From positions 1 to 64,000 of the forward strand of contig QPMI01000267.1 of assembly GCA_004431415.1 (NCBI GenBank): a stretch of 64,000 bases of DNA. Direction: 5' to 3'. The stretch comes from Cyanophora paradoxa CCMP329 (taxonomy: Eukaryota; Plantae; Glaucophyta). Shown piece by piece: positions 12,526-24,100 of this stretch. Position 1 is the first letter of the stretch. Each line of letters begins with the position of its first letter. A program made the position numbers and the translations under genes. The notes beneath the pieces were generated by a model, which was not told where the DNA came from, did no database searches, and saw nothing but the letters and a program-made list of their open reading frames with translations.

Positions 12526-14126
12526 CTAGGAGCAGAAGGGGAGGTTGCAGAAGAAGTTGCTCGTCTGGTCGAGCTCGCGGAGGGCGCGCATGCGTGCGGC
12601 CTGCGCCTGCATGGCGCGCGCCCGCCGCTCGTGCTCCATGCGCTCCCACGCCGGCGGGGGCGCCGGCGGGGGCGTCGCCGTCCGCGAGGCCGAGTAGGGG
12701 GTCGAGGGCGCGGGGTGCGGCGCGATATCGTAGCCCCCCCGCGACTCCCACGAGCTGTCCAGGCTCCCCCGCCCCGCTTTCTCCGGCGTCGCTGCCGCCC
12801 CCGTGAGCCCCGCCCGCCCCGGGGCCCCCGGGGCGGCTGCGGACCGGGCACGCCGCCCGAGATGGCGAAGAGGCCCGTGGGGGGCCCGCTCGTCGCCCGT
12901 GGCTGCACCGCGTGCGCCTCGAACCTCGCGCCGGCGTCAGCGCACGCCGCCGGCCCCGCGCCGGCCGCGGGCGGACCAGAGGCGGACGTGGATGGTGCCG
13001 GTGGTGAAGGCGGAGCCGTCGGGGCGGTGCTTCCGCAGCGGGAACGAGCGCTCCACGGGGGGCGCCCCCGGCGCCAGCCGGTCGAACCTGCGCGCCGCCT
13101 CGCGGGGCCCGGGGCCGAGCAGCGGGGCGGGGGGCGGGCGAGGGCGGGCCGGAAGCGGGTGGTGCCGACGCTGCGCCGGTTGCCGCGGCTGTCCTCGATC
13201 AAGGCCACGCTCACCTGCGCGGGCGGCCTCAGGGCTCCGCGGCGTCGAGCGGTCCGACCGGCGCACCAGCGGCAGCTCCTCCCGCGAGGCCCGCAGCGCG
13301 AATTTCTTCGCCCCGCCCGCCCCCTCGCCCCCGCCCCACGCGCGAGCGGCGTGGCCGGGGGCCGCTGGCCTACCTCGTTCCAGCCCCGCGAGTACTCAGG
13401 CAAAGCCCCGTCCCTCCGCACTGGCGGGCCCTGTCAGCGGGGCCCTGGGCGCTAGGGGGCTGCGGCGCACCTGGGTGCATCGGCGAGCGCGCCTTCTCCC
13501 CGCTGAACGAGACGAGCGAGAACCTGAAGGGAGCGGGGGAATCAGAATCGGAAGCGGCCAGGGCGCTCATGGGCCGCAGCTGACCAGGTGGTGCCGATGG
13601 GGCTCTGATGGGGGCCCGAGGGGTCGCTGGGGTCGTGCACCCGCTCCGCTCCCAGGATCAGCATGTGCAGCGTGCCCTCAATCACCTGCGGACGCGTTCC
13701 GCCAGGCGGACGGGGCCGGGGGCGGAAGGCGCTCACGCCGACGCGGTTCTGCGCATAGGCGCGGTCGATCAAGTCGCGCTTCTTGCCGGGCCCTGCGGGC
13801 GAGCGGCGTCAGACCAGGGGCTGGCGGCTGCCGGACGATCGAGGGCTGAGACCAGTCTGGAGCAGCTCGTCCACGACTGTCCGGGTCCAGTCCGCTTGGC
13901 CCGCAGGCCGCCCGTTTGCGCCGTTCGCAGAAGAGGGCTAGCCAGGGTTAGCGGCGAGCCGACGAAAGACGGAAAACAGCCAAGGGGCGAGCTAGCCGCA
14001 CACCTGCCCCACCTGGTTCGAGTAGTAGTGATCCGGACGGCCGGAGGTACTAGTATACGCTCGCGGCAAGCTCGGCGACGGCTGTATTACGCCAGTTTCG
14101 AGCTCGCGACGGTACCAGTCTCTCAT
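12526..14126 (-). CDS. Uncharacterised spliced protein, possibly C2-like beta-sandwich
   Basis: Exons IEGTLHMLILGAERV, VSVALIEDSRGNRRSVGTTRF and ERSFPLRKHRPDGSAFTTGTIHVRLW resemble C2 strand patterns. C-terminus ...SNFFCNLPFCS*. Start at 14126 is tentative. Confidence 0.5.
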
Positions 14127-14330
14127 TTCGCTCGTTTGCTACGCTGCTGCTACTGTTGCTGGGTTGTTGCTGCCAACTTGCTGGGCGGGGGGTAGAGGTA
14201 GAGGGTCGATGAGTGGTGCCTCCCACTCTGAAGCCACACGGCCTTCGCCTGCTAGGCTACTCGTTCCCTTTCTAGCTATACCGGCTGGGCGATCGTTGTC
14301 GATCCGGAGGCGGAGGCACAGGGGCGGAGC

Positions 14331-16627
14331 GATGTTCGTCTCTGTGGGCGCTCTGGCGAGTGAACGCGGCCATGGTGGTCTGGCACTGGCGGAAATGAGC
14401 CCCCCGTGGCGCTCAATGCAGGCAAGCGCGCCGTCTTCTCCGGTCAGCTCGCGTCGCGGACGAGCGCATCTTCAGCAGCGGGCCTGGGCCTGCACGCACT
14501 GGAGCGCCAGCGTCAGCATTGAGCTTGCAAGCTTGTTTGCTCCAGCGCGGACGATGCGGACAGCGGGGCTGAACCGGCGCGCGTGGAACGCCTCGGGCGG
14601 CGCCGCGCACGTGCACGTGTTCGCCGCGGCAGCGCATGCGGCCAGCGATGTCGCGGCGACGGCGCTGGACGCCGATGACGGGCGACCACTTCGTAGCGTG
14701 CTCGTCGTCGGCGCCGGGCCCGCGGGGATCCTGGCTGCGTATCTGCTTGCAAGGCGCGGTTTCGACGTCCGCGTCGTTGACGCACGGCCTGACCCCCGTG
14801 TGGAGCCGCCCAAGTCCTACAGTGTGATTCTTGGCCTACGCGCGTTTGACGCATTCCGCCTGGTGCACAGCCGCTGAGCCCCCGAAGGGAGGACTCATGG
14901 GAAAGTGCATTCCACGCGCGCTCATGGGGACGCGCGCGCGCAGGCGGGCGCCGATTTCGAGGCGGCGATCCGGAAGCGATGCTTCACATTTCAGAAGGTC
15001 GAGTTCTCCGCCTTCGGCCGCTCCGGCTCGTCCGAGTACAGGTGCGCCCCGGCCGCCGCCACGTGCACGCCGTCGTGAGGCTGCTGACTCGCGCGGGGCC
15101 GCGGCAGCGAGCCGGCGAACGCGGTGGAGCGGACGGGACTGGTGCAGGCGATGCTCGACGCCGCCGAGGCAGCGCCCCTCCCCGGGCCCGGCTCCCTGCG
15201 CTTCCGCTTCGGCGCCAGGTGGCCTTCTGCGCCTGCGCCTGCGCATGCCCACGGCCGTCGCCTGTCCGGGCGCTGCGCCGGGCGCGGGCTGACGGCGGGG
15301 GGCGCGCAGATGCGTCGGGGTGGACCTGGAGGGGCGGCGGGCGGAGTTCGAGGGGCCTGCGGGGGCGGTCGAGGCGGAGGCGTTCGACGTGATCGTGGGG
15401 GCGGACGGCGTCAACAGCGCCGTGCGGGGCGCCATGGAGGCCGCGGGGGCTATCGAGGTCGCCCGCACGCCCTCGCCCCGCACCGGCAACTCGTGTTCCG
15501 CCGAGCCGGCGCCCCACATCCCCGCCGACCGCGTCTCCCTCCTCTTCGGCGAGGGCGGCGCCGGGCTCATGCTGATGCCCACGCGGCGCTCGGACGGCGG
15601 GGTGGCGATGCGGGCGGCGCTGAGCGTGCCCGTGACCGCCGACTGGGCCGCCCTCGCCGCCGACGACGACTCCATGCGCGCCTTCCTCCGCCGCGCCTTC
15701 CCCTCGTGCGCCCGCTCCGCCCGCCCCCGCCCGTCGCCCCCAGCGGGCGAGCGGGGGGCAGGGTGGCGGGGCAGCTGGAGCCGCACGCGGGAGAGCTCGT
15801 GGGGACTCGCCCCTACCGCACAGCCAGCCTGCGCTGCTCCCGCTACCACCTCCCTGCCCGCGCCCTCCTCCTCGGCGTCCGCTCCCCCCCCCCCCCTTTC
15901 CCCCCCCCCCCACCCCCCACCCCCCCCCCCCCCCCACACACACCCCACCCTCCGCCGCACCCCCACCCCCCACCCCCACCCCACCCCGCCACCCCCCCCC
16001 CCCCCCCCACCCCCCACCCCCCCCTTCTCGGCGCCCCTGCCCGCGTCCCGGCGCCGATTGCGGGTCGGGGTCGGGGGCGGGCAGGACGCGGCGCACGCAG
16101 TGCAGGCAACGATCGGGGTGGGGTGCACGTGCGCACTGGAAGACTGCGCGGCCCTCGAGGGCCTGCTTGAGGAGAGCGGAGGCGACCTGCGGGCGGCGCT
16201 GGCGGCTTGGACGGCACGCCGCAAGCCCGAGGGCGACGCCGCCCTCGAGCTCAGCGAGGCCTTCGCCGCCCGCCGCGGGCCCCTCCACTCCCTCGCCCTC
16301 CTCCTCGCCTCCCGCCTCCTCGCCTCCCTCTTCCCCTCCGTGCGCCCCCGCGCCCGCCCCGTCGAAGCGCACCACGCTAACGCCAGCGCCGCGCAGCGCT
16401 TCTTCCGCAGCACGCAGGACGCGTGCTACAGCACAACGCTTCCTTACTCCGTCATCCTCCGTCGCGCCGCTGACCAGGCCCGCCCACTCGGCCCCGGCCC
16501 CGGCCCCGCCCCCGCGCCCTGTCTTCGACCTGACGCCGCGCAGGAGCGTCTGGCGCTTGTCGTGGCGAGCGTCGCGTTGGGGCTTGTCCTCGCATCGCTC
16601 GCCGCCCTCGCCCTCGCCTTCGTTTAG
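14331..16627 (+). CDS. FAD-dependent monooxygenase, kynurenine 3-monooxygenase-like, with N-terminal extension and C-terminal TM helix
   Basis: VLVVGAGPAG..A.LLARRG (GxGxxG), DVIVGADGVNSAVR (DG motif), DAAHA...G.G...ALED (GD motif) and a hydrophobic C-terminus. Start may be 14209 or 14331 (MFVSVG..., a possible transit peptide). Confidence 0.85.
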
Positions 16628-17220
16628 TCGAGCACGACTCTCCAGTGTGCGGCTATGGGAGCGTTACATAATTCTTATTAAAGCCGACATAAATATGCAC
16701 TGCAGCTGCTGCTGCAGCATCGGACGGGCTCGAGCTCAAAACTGATCGGGCATCGGACGGGCATCGGGTCTAGATCTAATCGATAAAACTGACTCAGTGA
16801 CGGATCTCGGGATCGCCTCTCGGATAACAGATCCCTGCATCGACAAAGAGAGAAATGAACGGCTTGCGCCACGCACAGAGTCTACTGATCATGATAGAAG
16901 AATGCATTACTCGTGCGATTGCAAGCCCCAAAGGAAAAAGACGGAAATGCTGACATCGAGCTCGAGCCCAAGCGAGACAGGCGCGAAAGGCTCTGGCGAA
17001 GCGGGGGATGCACGGCGCCCACGAGATTCTCCCACTCAAATTTTCTCCCAGTCGGCGCAACACAGAAACAGATTTTTGCACCTGGAGCGAAGGTCAGGGC
17101 GTCGAGGTCATGGAGCACAGGAACAGATCCAAGCATCTGATCATGGAGCGAAGGCCAAGTCCGACGGTCGCACACTTCCAGCCTTCCGAGGCTGCGTCCG
17201 GAGCCACACTTTGGGCCTGT

Positions 17221-17277
17221 GCCAGCTGTTGCTCCATGCTGGACGCTTGGCCAGCTGTTGCTCCATGCTGGACGCTT
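17221..17277. repeat. Two tandem copies of GCCAGCTGTTGCTCCATGCTGGACGCTT
   Basis: Directly visible duplication with a 29-bp period. Confidence 0.85.
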
Positions 17278-17844
17278 TGACGCTTGGAACGCTTGGCCCG
17301 ATTGCGGGAAGAACCGTCTGACCGCCGGCGGGTGCGGAGCCGACGTGCTCTTGGCCCCAGTCGGCCGCGCGGGGCAGGGAAAACGAGGTCTCAGCGACAC
17401 TCGAAGCCCAAACCTTGCGGTTCAGTAGTTCTGGAGTTTGGTGCGAGAAAGGAGGGAAGGCCTCGGCCTCGATGCAGGTGCTGCCCTTGTTCGCACCGCA
17501 GGTGGCGGTGCGAGTGCCTACCAAGGCCTCGGCCTCGATTCAGGTTCCGCCCTTGTTCACACCTTGAGGCTCCTCGCACGGCCGTCACAATGATCCTCCG
17601 GCTCCTCGCACCGCCGTCGCGCACCATCATTGCGCACCACCTGCCGTTACTGCATATATCCATCAATTCTCGAAATTGCGCAGAGCAGAGCAGAGCAGTG
17701 CTGCTCAACCATGGCCTGCCAATGAACAGCGCCCTGTTGTACTGGCCATCACAGACAGGTTGAAGCTAATTTTTGATGACACCTTTAAAAACGAACACGA
17801 CACAAGCCACCTTTTTTTGTGGTGCATGACTCGGCTGTAAGCAC

Positions 17845-18026
17845 GAATTGCACGCTGACTTGCACGAACGACTGAAGAATAAAGAACGACTGACTTGCAC
17901 GAACGAACTGAAGAACTGAAGAGTCGTCGATTGAAGAACTGAAGATTGAAGAACAATATAAAGATTGAAGATTGCACGAACGAACTGAAGAACTGAAGAT
18001 TGAAGAACAATATAAAGATTGAAGAT
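17845..18026. repeat. A/G-rich minisatellite built from TGAAGA(A/T) and TTGCACGAACG units
   Basis: Repeated GAAGAACTGAAGATTGAAGAACAATATAAAGATTGAAG and TTGCACGAACGAACTGAAG blocks. Confidence 0.85.
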
Positions 18027-18286
18027 CTCGAATGGTGCCGCGCTCCATCTCAAAATCCTCGCTCACGCCGACGGCCTCGACGCCGCTTGCTCCTAGAGCG
18101 CTGCGGGGCGGGTGTCATGCGGAGCGGGTTGGGACATGCGTGGTCGTGGATTTCAGATGCACCGGCCCACAAGAAGAGCCTGACCGGGCGGCGCCCGTCC
18201 CTCACCAAGGCTCTCGAAGCCAATGCCGCAGCTACCAGACTGCGCAGCTCGAAACTAGTATATGCCCGGAATGGGCACCATTCCGG

Positions 18287-18659
18287 GCAGGTCGACGCCG
18301 TCGTCTCGCCTCCTCGACGCTGCTTGCTCTCCTAGGGCGCTGGGGGGCGGGTGTCATGCGGAGCGGGTTGGGACAGGCGTGGTCGTGGAATTCAGATGCA
18401 CCGGCCCACGGGAAGAGCCTATCCGGGCAGCACCCGTCCCTCGCCAGCTCTTGCGCGGTACGATGGCCATGGGCAATGTTAAAGCAATCCGCACCCCGCC
18501 GACATGGACGGCTCAGCAGGTTGCAGGAAGACCTCGCGATAGCAACCTGGCGATCTTACTCGCGATAGATTTAATTTGGGTAGCCTTGGAGTAGCAGCTG
18601 TTCTCAACGAACTCACAGATATGGCCAACTCACAGATCTTCAAGAAGTTCCACTGACGG
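18287..18659. repeat. 373-bp direct repeat A, left copy (a diverged partial copy also lies at about 18076-18205)
   Basis: Matches 19675-20047 by eye along its whole length. Confidence 0.9.
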
Positions 18660-18660
18660 C

Positions 18661-19600
18661 GTCGACCTGCAAGCGCTGAGAGTCCGCTTTTCGCCTGCTG
18701 GCGGTACGGCGGAAGGACTGGTGGCTCCTCGGCTTCGCCCTCCCCTCCCGCTCCAATCCCACCGTCCTCGAATTTTTCATCGACCTCTGCCTCCCCTTCG
18801 GTGCCCGCTCCTCCCCCCGCATTTTCGAGGACCTCGGCCAGGCCCTCGATTTTGCCCTCCGCCGCCGTGGGCTCGATCCCACCCGATATGTCGACGACAT
18901 TTTCCTCATCGGACAGGCCGGCACCGGCGAGTGCCGGCGGTACATCGACGTGCTGCTCGAGGTCTGCGCGGACCTTGGTATTCCTCTGGCCCCGCATAAG
19001 CTAGAAGGACCGGGCACCCGCCTCACCTTCCTCGGCATCGAGCTTGACAGCCTCGCGATGGTGGCCCGCCTGTCCCCAGAGCGGCTCGCTGATCTCGAAG
19101 CGAAGCTCGCGGAGTGGGCCACTCGCAGCCATGCCTCAGCCGGCCAGCTCCGCTCCCTCGCCGGCTCCCTTGTCTCGGCCGTGCCCGTCGTCCCCGCGGG
19201 GCGCTTTTTCCTTCGGCGGGTCGTGGCGCAGCTCGCCACTCTACGGGCCAATCACCATCGCGCCCGGCTTCATGCCGGCTTTCATGCGGATCTCACATGG
19301 TGGCGCGACCTCCTCCAGCGGCTGCATGGAGTCCGGCTCATCCCTACGTCTGACTGGCAGTCGGCCAAGGTGCTGCGAATCCAGACTGACGCCAGCAATC
19401 TCGGCTTCGGCGCAGTTTTCGGCAGCTCGTGGACCTTCGGATCTTGGCCAGAGGGCACGACTCGCAGCATGCCCTGGCGCGAGCTGATGGCCCTCGTCAT
19501 CGCAGCGGCGACCTGGGGCCCCAGCTGGCAGCAGCAGCGAATTATTTTTGAAACCGACTGTAAACCTGTCTTCCATGCCCTTTCCGGCGGCCGCATTTCG
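18661..19600 (+). mobile_element. Truncated RT-RNase H of a tyrosine-recombinase retrotransposon (DIRS/Ngaro group), pseudogenised
   Basis: VDL / frameshift / SAFRLL...W.LLGF, LPFGARSSPRIF, YVDD (18887-18898), LGIPLAPHKLEGP...TFLGIELDS, DL.WW, then RNase H TDAS..GFGA...ELMA...TDC. The RT N-terminus, gag and recombinase are not seen. Confidence 0.9.
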
Positions 19601-19674
19601 CAGCCGGCCGGCGGAAGGACTGGTGGCTCCTCGGCTTCGCCGTAACGGAATCTGGGAAATGGCTCTCAGCGCTT

Positions 19675-20047
19675 GCAGGTCGACGCCGTCGTCTCGCCTC
19701 CTCGACGCTGCTTGCTCTCCTAGGGCGCTGGGGGGCGGGTGTCATGCGGAGCGGGTTGGGACAGGCGTGGTCGTGGAATTCAGATGCACCGGCCCACGGG
19801 AAGAGCCTATCCGGGCAGCACCCGTCCCTCGCCAGCTCTTGCGCGGTACGATGGCCATGGGCAATGTTAAAGCAATCCGCACCCCGCCGACATGGACGGC
19901 TCAGCAGGTTGCAGGAAGACCTCGCGATAGCAACCTGGCGATCTTACTCGCGATAGATTTAATTTGGGTAGCCTTGGAGTAGCAGCTGTTCTCAACGAAC
20001 TCACAGATATGGCCAACTCACAGATCTTCAAGAAGTTCCACTGACGG
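19675..20047. repeat. 373-bp direct repeat A, right copy
   Basis: Matches 18287-18659. Confidence 0.9.
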
Positions 20048-20057
20048 AAACCACATA

Positions 20058-20212
20058 ACTGGCACGTTTCGAGAAGTTGACTATTTAACCAATTAATGAC
20101 CTATTTAACCTATTGAACCATTTAACGTTTCGAGAGGTTGACTGGCACGTTTCGAGAGGTTGACCAATATTTAACCAATTCATTTGTATCCAATCCAGGT
20201 TGACTATTTTAC
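20058..20212. repeat. AT-richer cluster of short repeats (ACGTTTCGAGA(A/G)GTTGAC x3, TATTTAACC x3)
   Basis: Directly visible; resembles subterminal repeats of a transposon. Confidence 0.7.
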
Positions 20213-20646
20213 CTGAGAAGGCAGGTCGATGGCAAGCACCAGTGCGACGGAGCAGCAGAGTTTCGGAAGGAAGTTGTACAAAGTGCACAGATATAGCACT
20301 AGGACGCTAGTCATAGTGCTAGGGCGTGCTAAGATGTCCCTAGGTCCAGCACTCTTAGGTCCAGCGAAAGTGCACGTGGTCCAGCTAGGGCTATTCTGAG
20401 CGTGCTAAGATGGTCGCTGGACCAGATGGTCGCCCAGAGTAAGGGAGTTAAGGCCAAGGACCTAACCAAGAGCCAGAGAAATAGCCGACGAGCCGAGCGA
20501 CTTGGGAAGTGGATGGCACAACGTCCTTCGGAGGCCGTTCATCGATGGCTGGCCCACAAATGGTAATCGGAGTGAGAACCCTTTTTTGCTCAATGAAATG
20601 ATCGAGAAGCGTTACTAATCTGTAATCTGTTCAGTCAAGACCGCTC

Positions 20647-20909
20647 TGGCAACTCCAGGTGCAGGTCACAGCTTCAAAGCTGCAAGTCCCAGCACAATTG
20701 CCAAGACAAATAAAATTGCATCGATCTCTTCTGCAAATAGCGGGCCCATCTAGGCTTCATTAAGCTAGCCTAGAGTCAGTTGGCTCAGGTCTGCCGCATA
20801 CACAATTTATGAAAATCGAAATTGCGGCTCGCGCCGAAAAACTTCTCACCGCGGGCCTGCGGCCCGTCCGGATCCATGGCGCCACCGATGTCGCTAAGCG
20901 TGATCATCG
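20647..20909. repeat. Diverged, internally deleted partial copy of the 1.45-kb array unit
   Basis: TGGCAACTCCAGGTGCAGG is joined directly to TCACAGCTTCAAAG...CCACCGATGTC, deleting about 350 bp at an AGG microhomology. Confidence 0.85.
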
Positions 20910-21175
20910 CCACCGTTTCGCTGTCGTGTCGCTGTCGCTTATAGGTGTGATAAAGGAGCATCGCCAGCGTTTTCAAAGAAGTGAAGCAGAAAGGAAGGAA
21001 AGCATTCAGCGGCTCCATCGACGGCGGTTGACCGTACTCGAATGGACTGCGGAAATCACCCGGGATTTCAAGATGCTACCCCAACTCCGCTTGCGGATCC
21101 GCGGCACGGCACGGCGAGATCAAGACTAAGGTTGGCGCAAAGAGGGCTGGACGAAGAAATGAATCCAGCTTGCTG

Positions 21176-24100
21176 CATCAATGTTAATAAACAGCTTTGC
21201 AGTTCTCTGAGCCACATGACTGTCTCCAGTCTTCGCAGTATTGTGAGGCTTATTTTTCGTCTTTGCGGTACTGCGGTCGCAATGTGTGTGAGCCGGAGAT
21301 TTAAAGAACACGCGTAGTAGTTGGTAACAGTTGAGTACGCCACTAGCAACTGCATGCGGAGGTCTTCTAGGATTCTGGATTCCATAACCGTTATCATCAC
21401 CAACCAGAATCATCATGAAATGAAAAGTTGATCGGGCATGAACGGAAAAGAAAATAGCAAGTAAAGAAACCGAAAAGCAAGTTAGAAGCACCCGTGTGCA
21501 TGTGCTGCGCATTTTCACCTGACCCTGTAGTTGCCATAAATGTAATGGTATACGGCAAACGACAAGGATAGCTAAAGACTGTATGCCCTGTAGGCTAGCT
21601 GCGCGCGAAGTCGATCGCGGCTGCCGGCTTCGGGATTCACGACATCGATATATCGACGATGCTCACGATGCATTCGGCCGCACCAGGAGCAGTTTCAGTT
21701 AGGGGTTCTTGCAAATTGGAACATGCAGATCATGATATCGAGCCCAGGGCGGTCCGTTCAGCCCGTCAGCGTGTTCTCACATGCTGAATGGAAAGCGCCG
21801 GCCACAAGCGGTGCTTGCGATACACTGTATATCGCCACTAGGAATGCACCAACACCTGGAGCGATCCGGCTCATTATCATGAGCGCCTCTGCTCTGTGGC
21901 TGAGCGCCTCTGCTCTGAGGCTGAGCCCTCTTAAGGGAGCGCTTTTGTCGACGCCAAATTTATGGCCGAAAGCCCAAGACGTCGACGTGCACAGCCGGCC
22001 GTCGGACACCATGGCAACTCCAGGTGCAGGTTTTTTTTGAAGTTTGGTGTGTCTCGCATTCTTACACACGGTACCCGTCCGGCTCCTACCTCGGCACCGT
22101 ACCACTCTACAACTGTGAACTGAGAGGCCGAGGATGTCCTATCTGTGATTCTAACTCGTCCTCCGCACATACTACGGATCCTCCTTCCGCCCCGTATTCC
22201 GCTCTTGATTCCGTACCCGGGCTTGTGAACTCAGTTCCACATGACCCATGCACGCGCCCACATTGCAGAGCCTTCGGCATGGTGTCACCCATTTGCACGG
22301 TCCTAGTTGCTTGCTTGATGGTTCTTACGCTTGGCGGTGTTGGGACCAGGAGCTCGGTACCCTCACGGGGCCCGAGGTCACAGCTTCAAAGCTGCAAGTC
22401 CCAGCACAATTGCCAAGACAAATAAAATTGTATCGATCGCTTCTTCAAATAGCGGGCCCATCTAGGCTACATTAAGCTAGCCTAGAGTCAGTTGGCTCAG
22501 GTCTGCCGCAGTGCTGGCGTGGCCGCTCCCATACACGAATTATGAAAATCGGAATTGCGGCTCGCGCCGAAAAACTTCTCACCGCGGGCCTGCGGCCCGT
22601 CCGGATCCATGGCGCCACCGATGTCCATCAATGTTAAAGCTTTGCAGTTCTCTGAGCCACATGACTGTCTCCAGTCTTCGCAGTATTGTGAGGCTTATTT
22701 TTCGTCTTTGCGGTACTGCGGTCGCAATGTGTGTGAGCCGGAGATTTAAAGAACACGCGTAGTAGTTGGTAACAGTTGAGTACGCCACTAGCAACTGCAT
22801 GCGGAGGTCTTCTAGGATTCTGGATTCCATAACCGTTATCATCACCAACCAGAATCATCATGAAATGAAAAGTTGATCGGGCATGAACGGAAAAGAAAAT
22901 AGCAAGTAAAGAAACCGAAAAGCAAGTTAGAAGCACCCGTGTGCATGTGCTGCGCATTTTCACCTGACCCTGTAGTTGCCATAAATGTAATGGTATACGG
23001 CAAACGACAAGGATAGCTAAAGACTGTATGCCCTGTAGGCTAGCTGCGCGCGAAGTCGATCGCGGCTGCCGGCTTCGGGATTCACGACATCGATATATCG
23101 ACGATGCTCACGATGCATTCGGCCGCACCAGGAGCAGTTTCAGTTAGGGGTTCTTGCAAATTGGAACATGCAGATCATGATATCGAGCCCAGGGCGGTCC
23201 GTTCAGCCCGTCAGCGTGTTCTCACATGCTGAATGGAAAGCGCCGGCCACAAGCGGTGCTTGCGATACACTGTATATCGCCACTAGCAATGCACCAACAC
23301 CTGGAGCGATCCGGCTCATTATCATGAGCGCCTCTGCTCTGTGGCTGAGCGCCTCTGCTCTGAGGCTGAGCCCTCTTAAGGGAGCGCTTTTGTCGACGCC
23401 AAATTTATGGCCGAAAGCCCAAGACGTCGACGTGCACAGCCGGCCGTCGGACACCATGGCAACTCCAGGTGCAGGTTTTTTTTGAAGTTTGGTGTGTCTC
23501 GCATTCTTACACACGGTACCCGTCCGGCTCCTACCTCGGCACCGTACCACTCTACAACTGTGAACTGAGAGGCCGAGGATGTCCTATCTGTGATTCTAAC
23601 TCGTCCTCCGCACATACTACGGATCCTCCTTCCGCCCCGTATTCCGCTCTTGATTCCGTACCCGGGCTTGTGAACTCATGATCAGTTCCACATGACCCAT
23701 GCACGCGCCCACATTGCAGAGCCTTCGGCATGGTGTCACCCATTTGCACGGTCCTAGTTGCTTGCTTGATGGTTCTTACGCTTGGCGGTGTTGGGACCAG
23801 GAGCTCGGTACCCCTCACGGGGCCCGAGGTCACAGCTTCAAAGCTGCAAGTCCCAGCACAATTGCCAAGACAAATAAAATTGTATCGATCGCTTCTTCAA
23901 ATAGCGGGCCCATCTAGGCTACATTAAGCTAGCCTAGAGTCAGTTGGCTCAGGTCTGCCGCAGTGCTGGCGTGGCCGCTCCCATACACGAATTATGAAAA
24001 TCGGAATTGCGGCTCGCGCCGAAAAACTTCTCACCGCGGGCCTGCGGCCCGTCCGGATCCATGGCGCCACCGATGTCCATCAATGTTAAAGCTTTGCAGT

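Noticed and set aside
15880-16030. Long poly-C/CA tract (also poly-G at about 180-220)
   Set aside because: Low-complexity intronic or Pro-coding sequence prone to homopolymer errors; no specific element inferred.
20424-20565. Short ORF MVAQSKGVKAKDLTKSQRNSRRAERLGKWMAQRPSEAVHRWLAHKW as a retroelement remnant
   Set aside because: Protein-like but too short, with no diagnostic motif.
21380-21425. Minus-strand 'ILVGDDNGY' resembling RdRP motif C in the array unit
   Set aside because: No motif A or B in the expected context and the ORF is short; likely chance.
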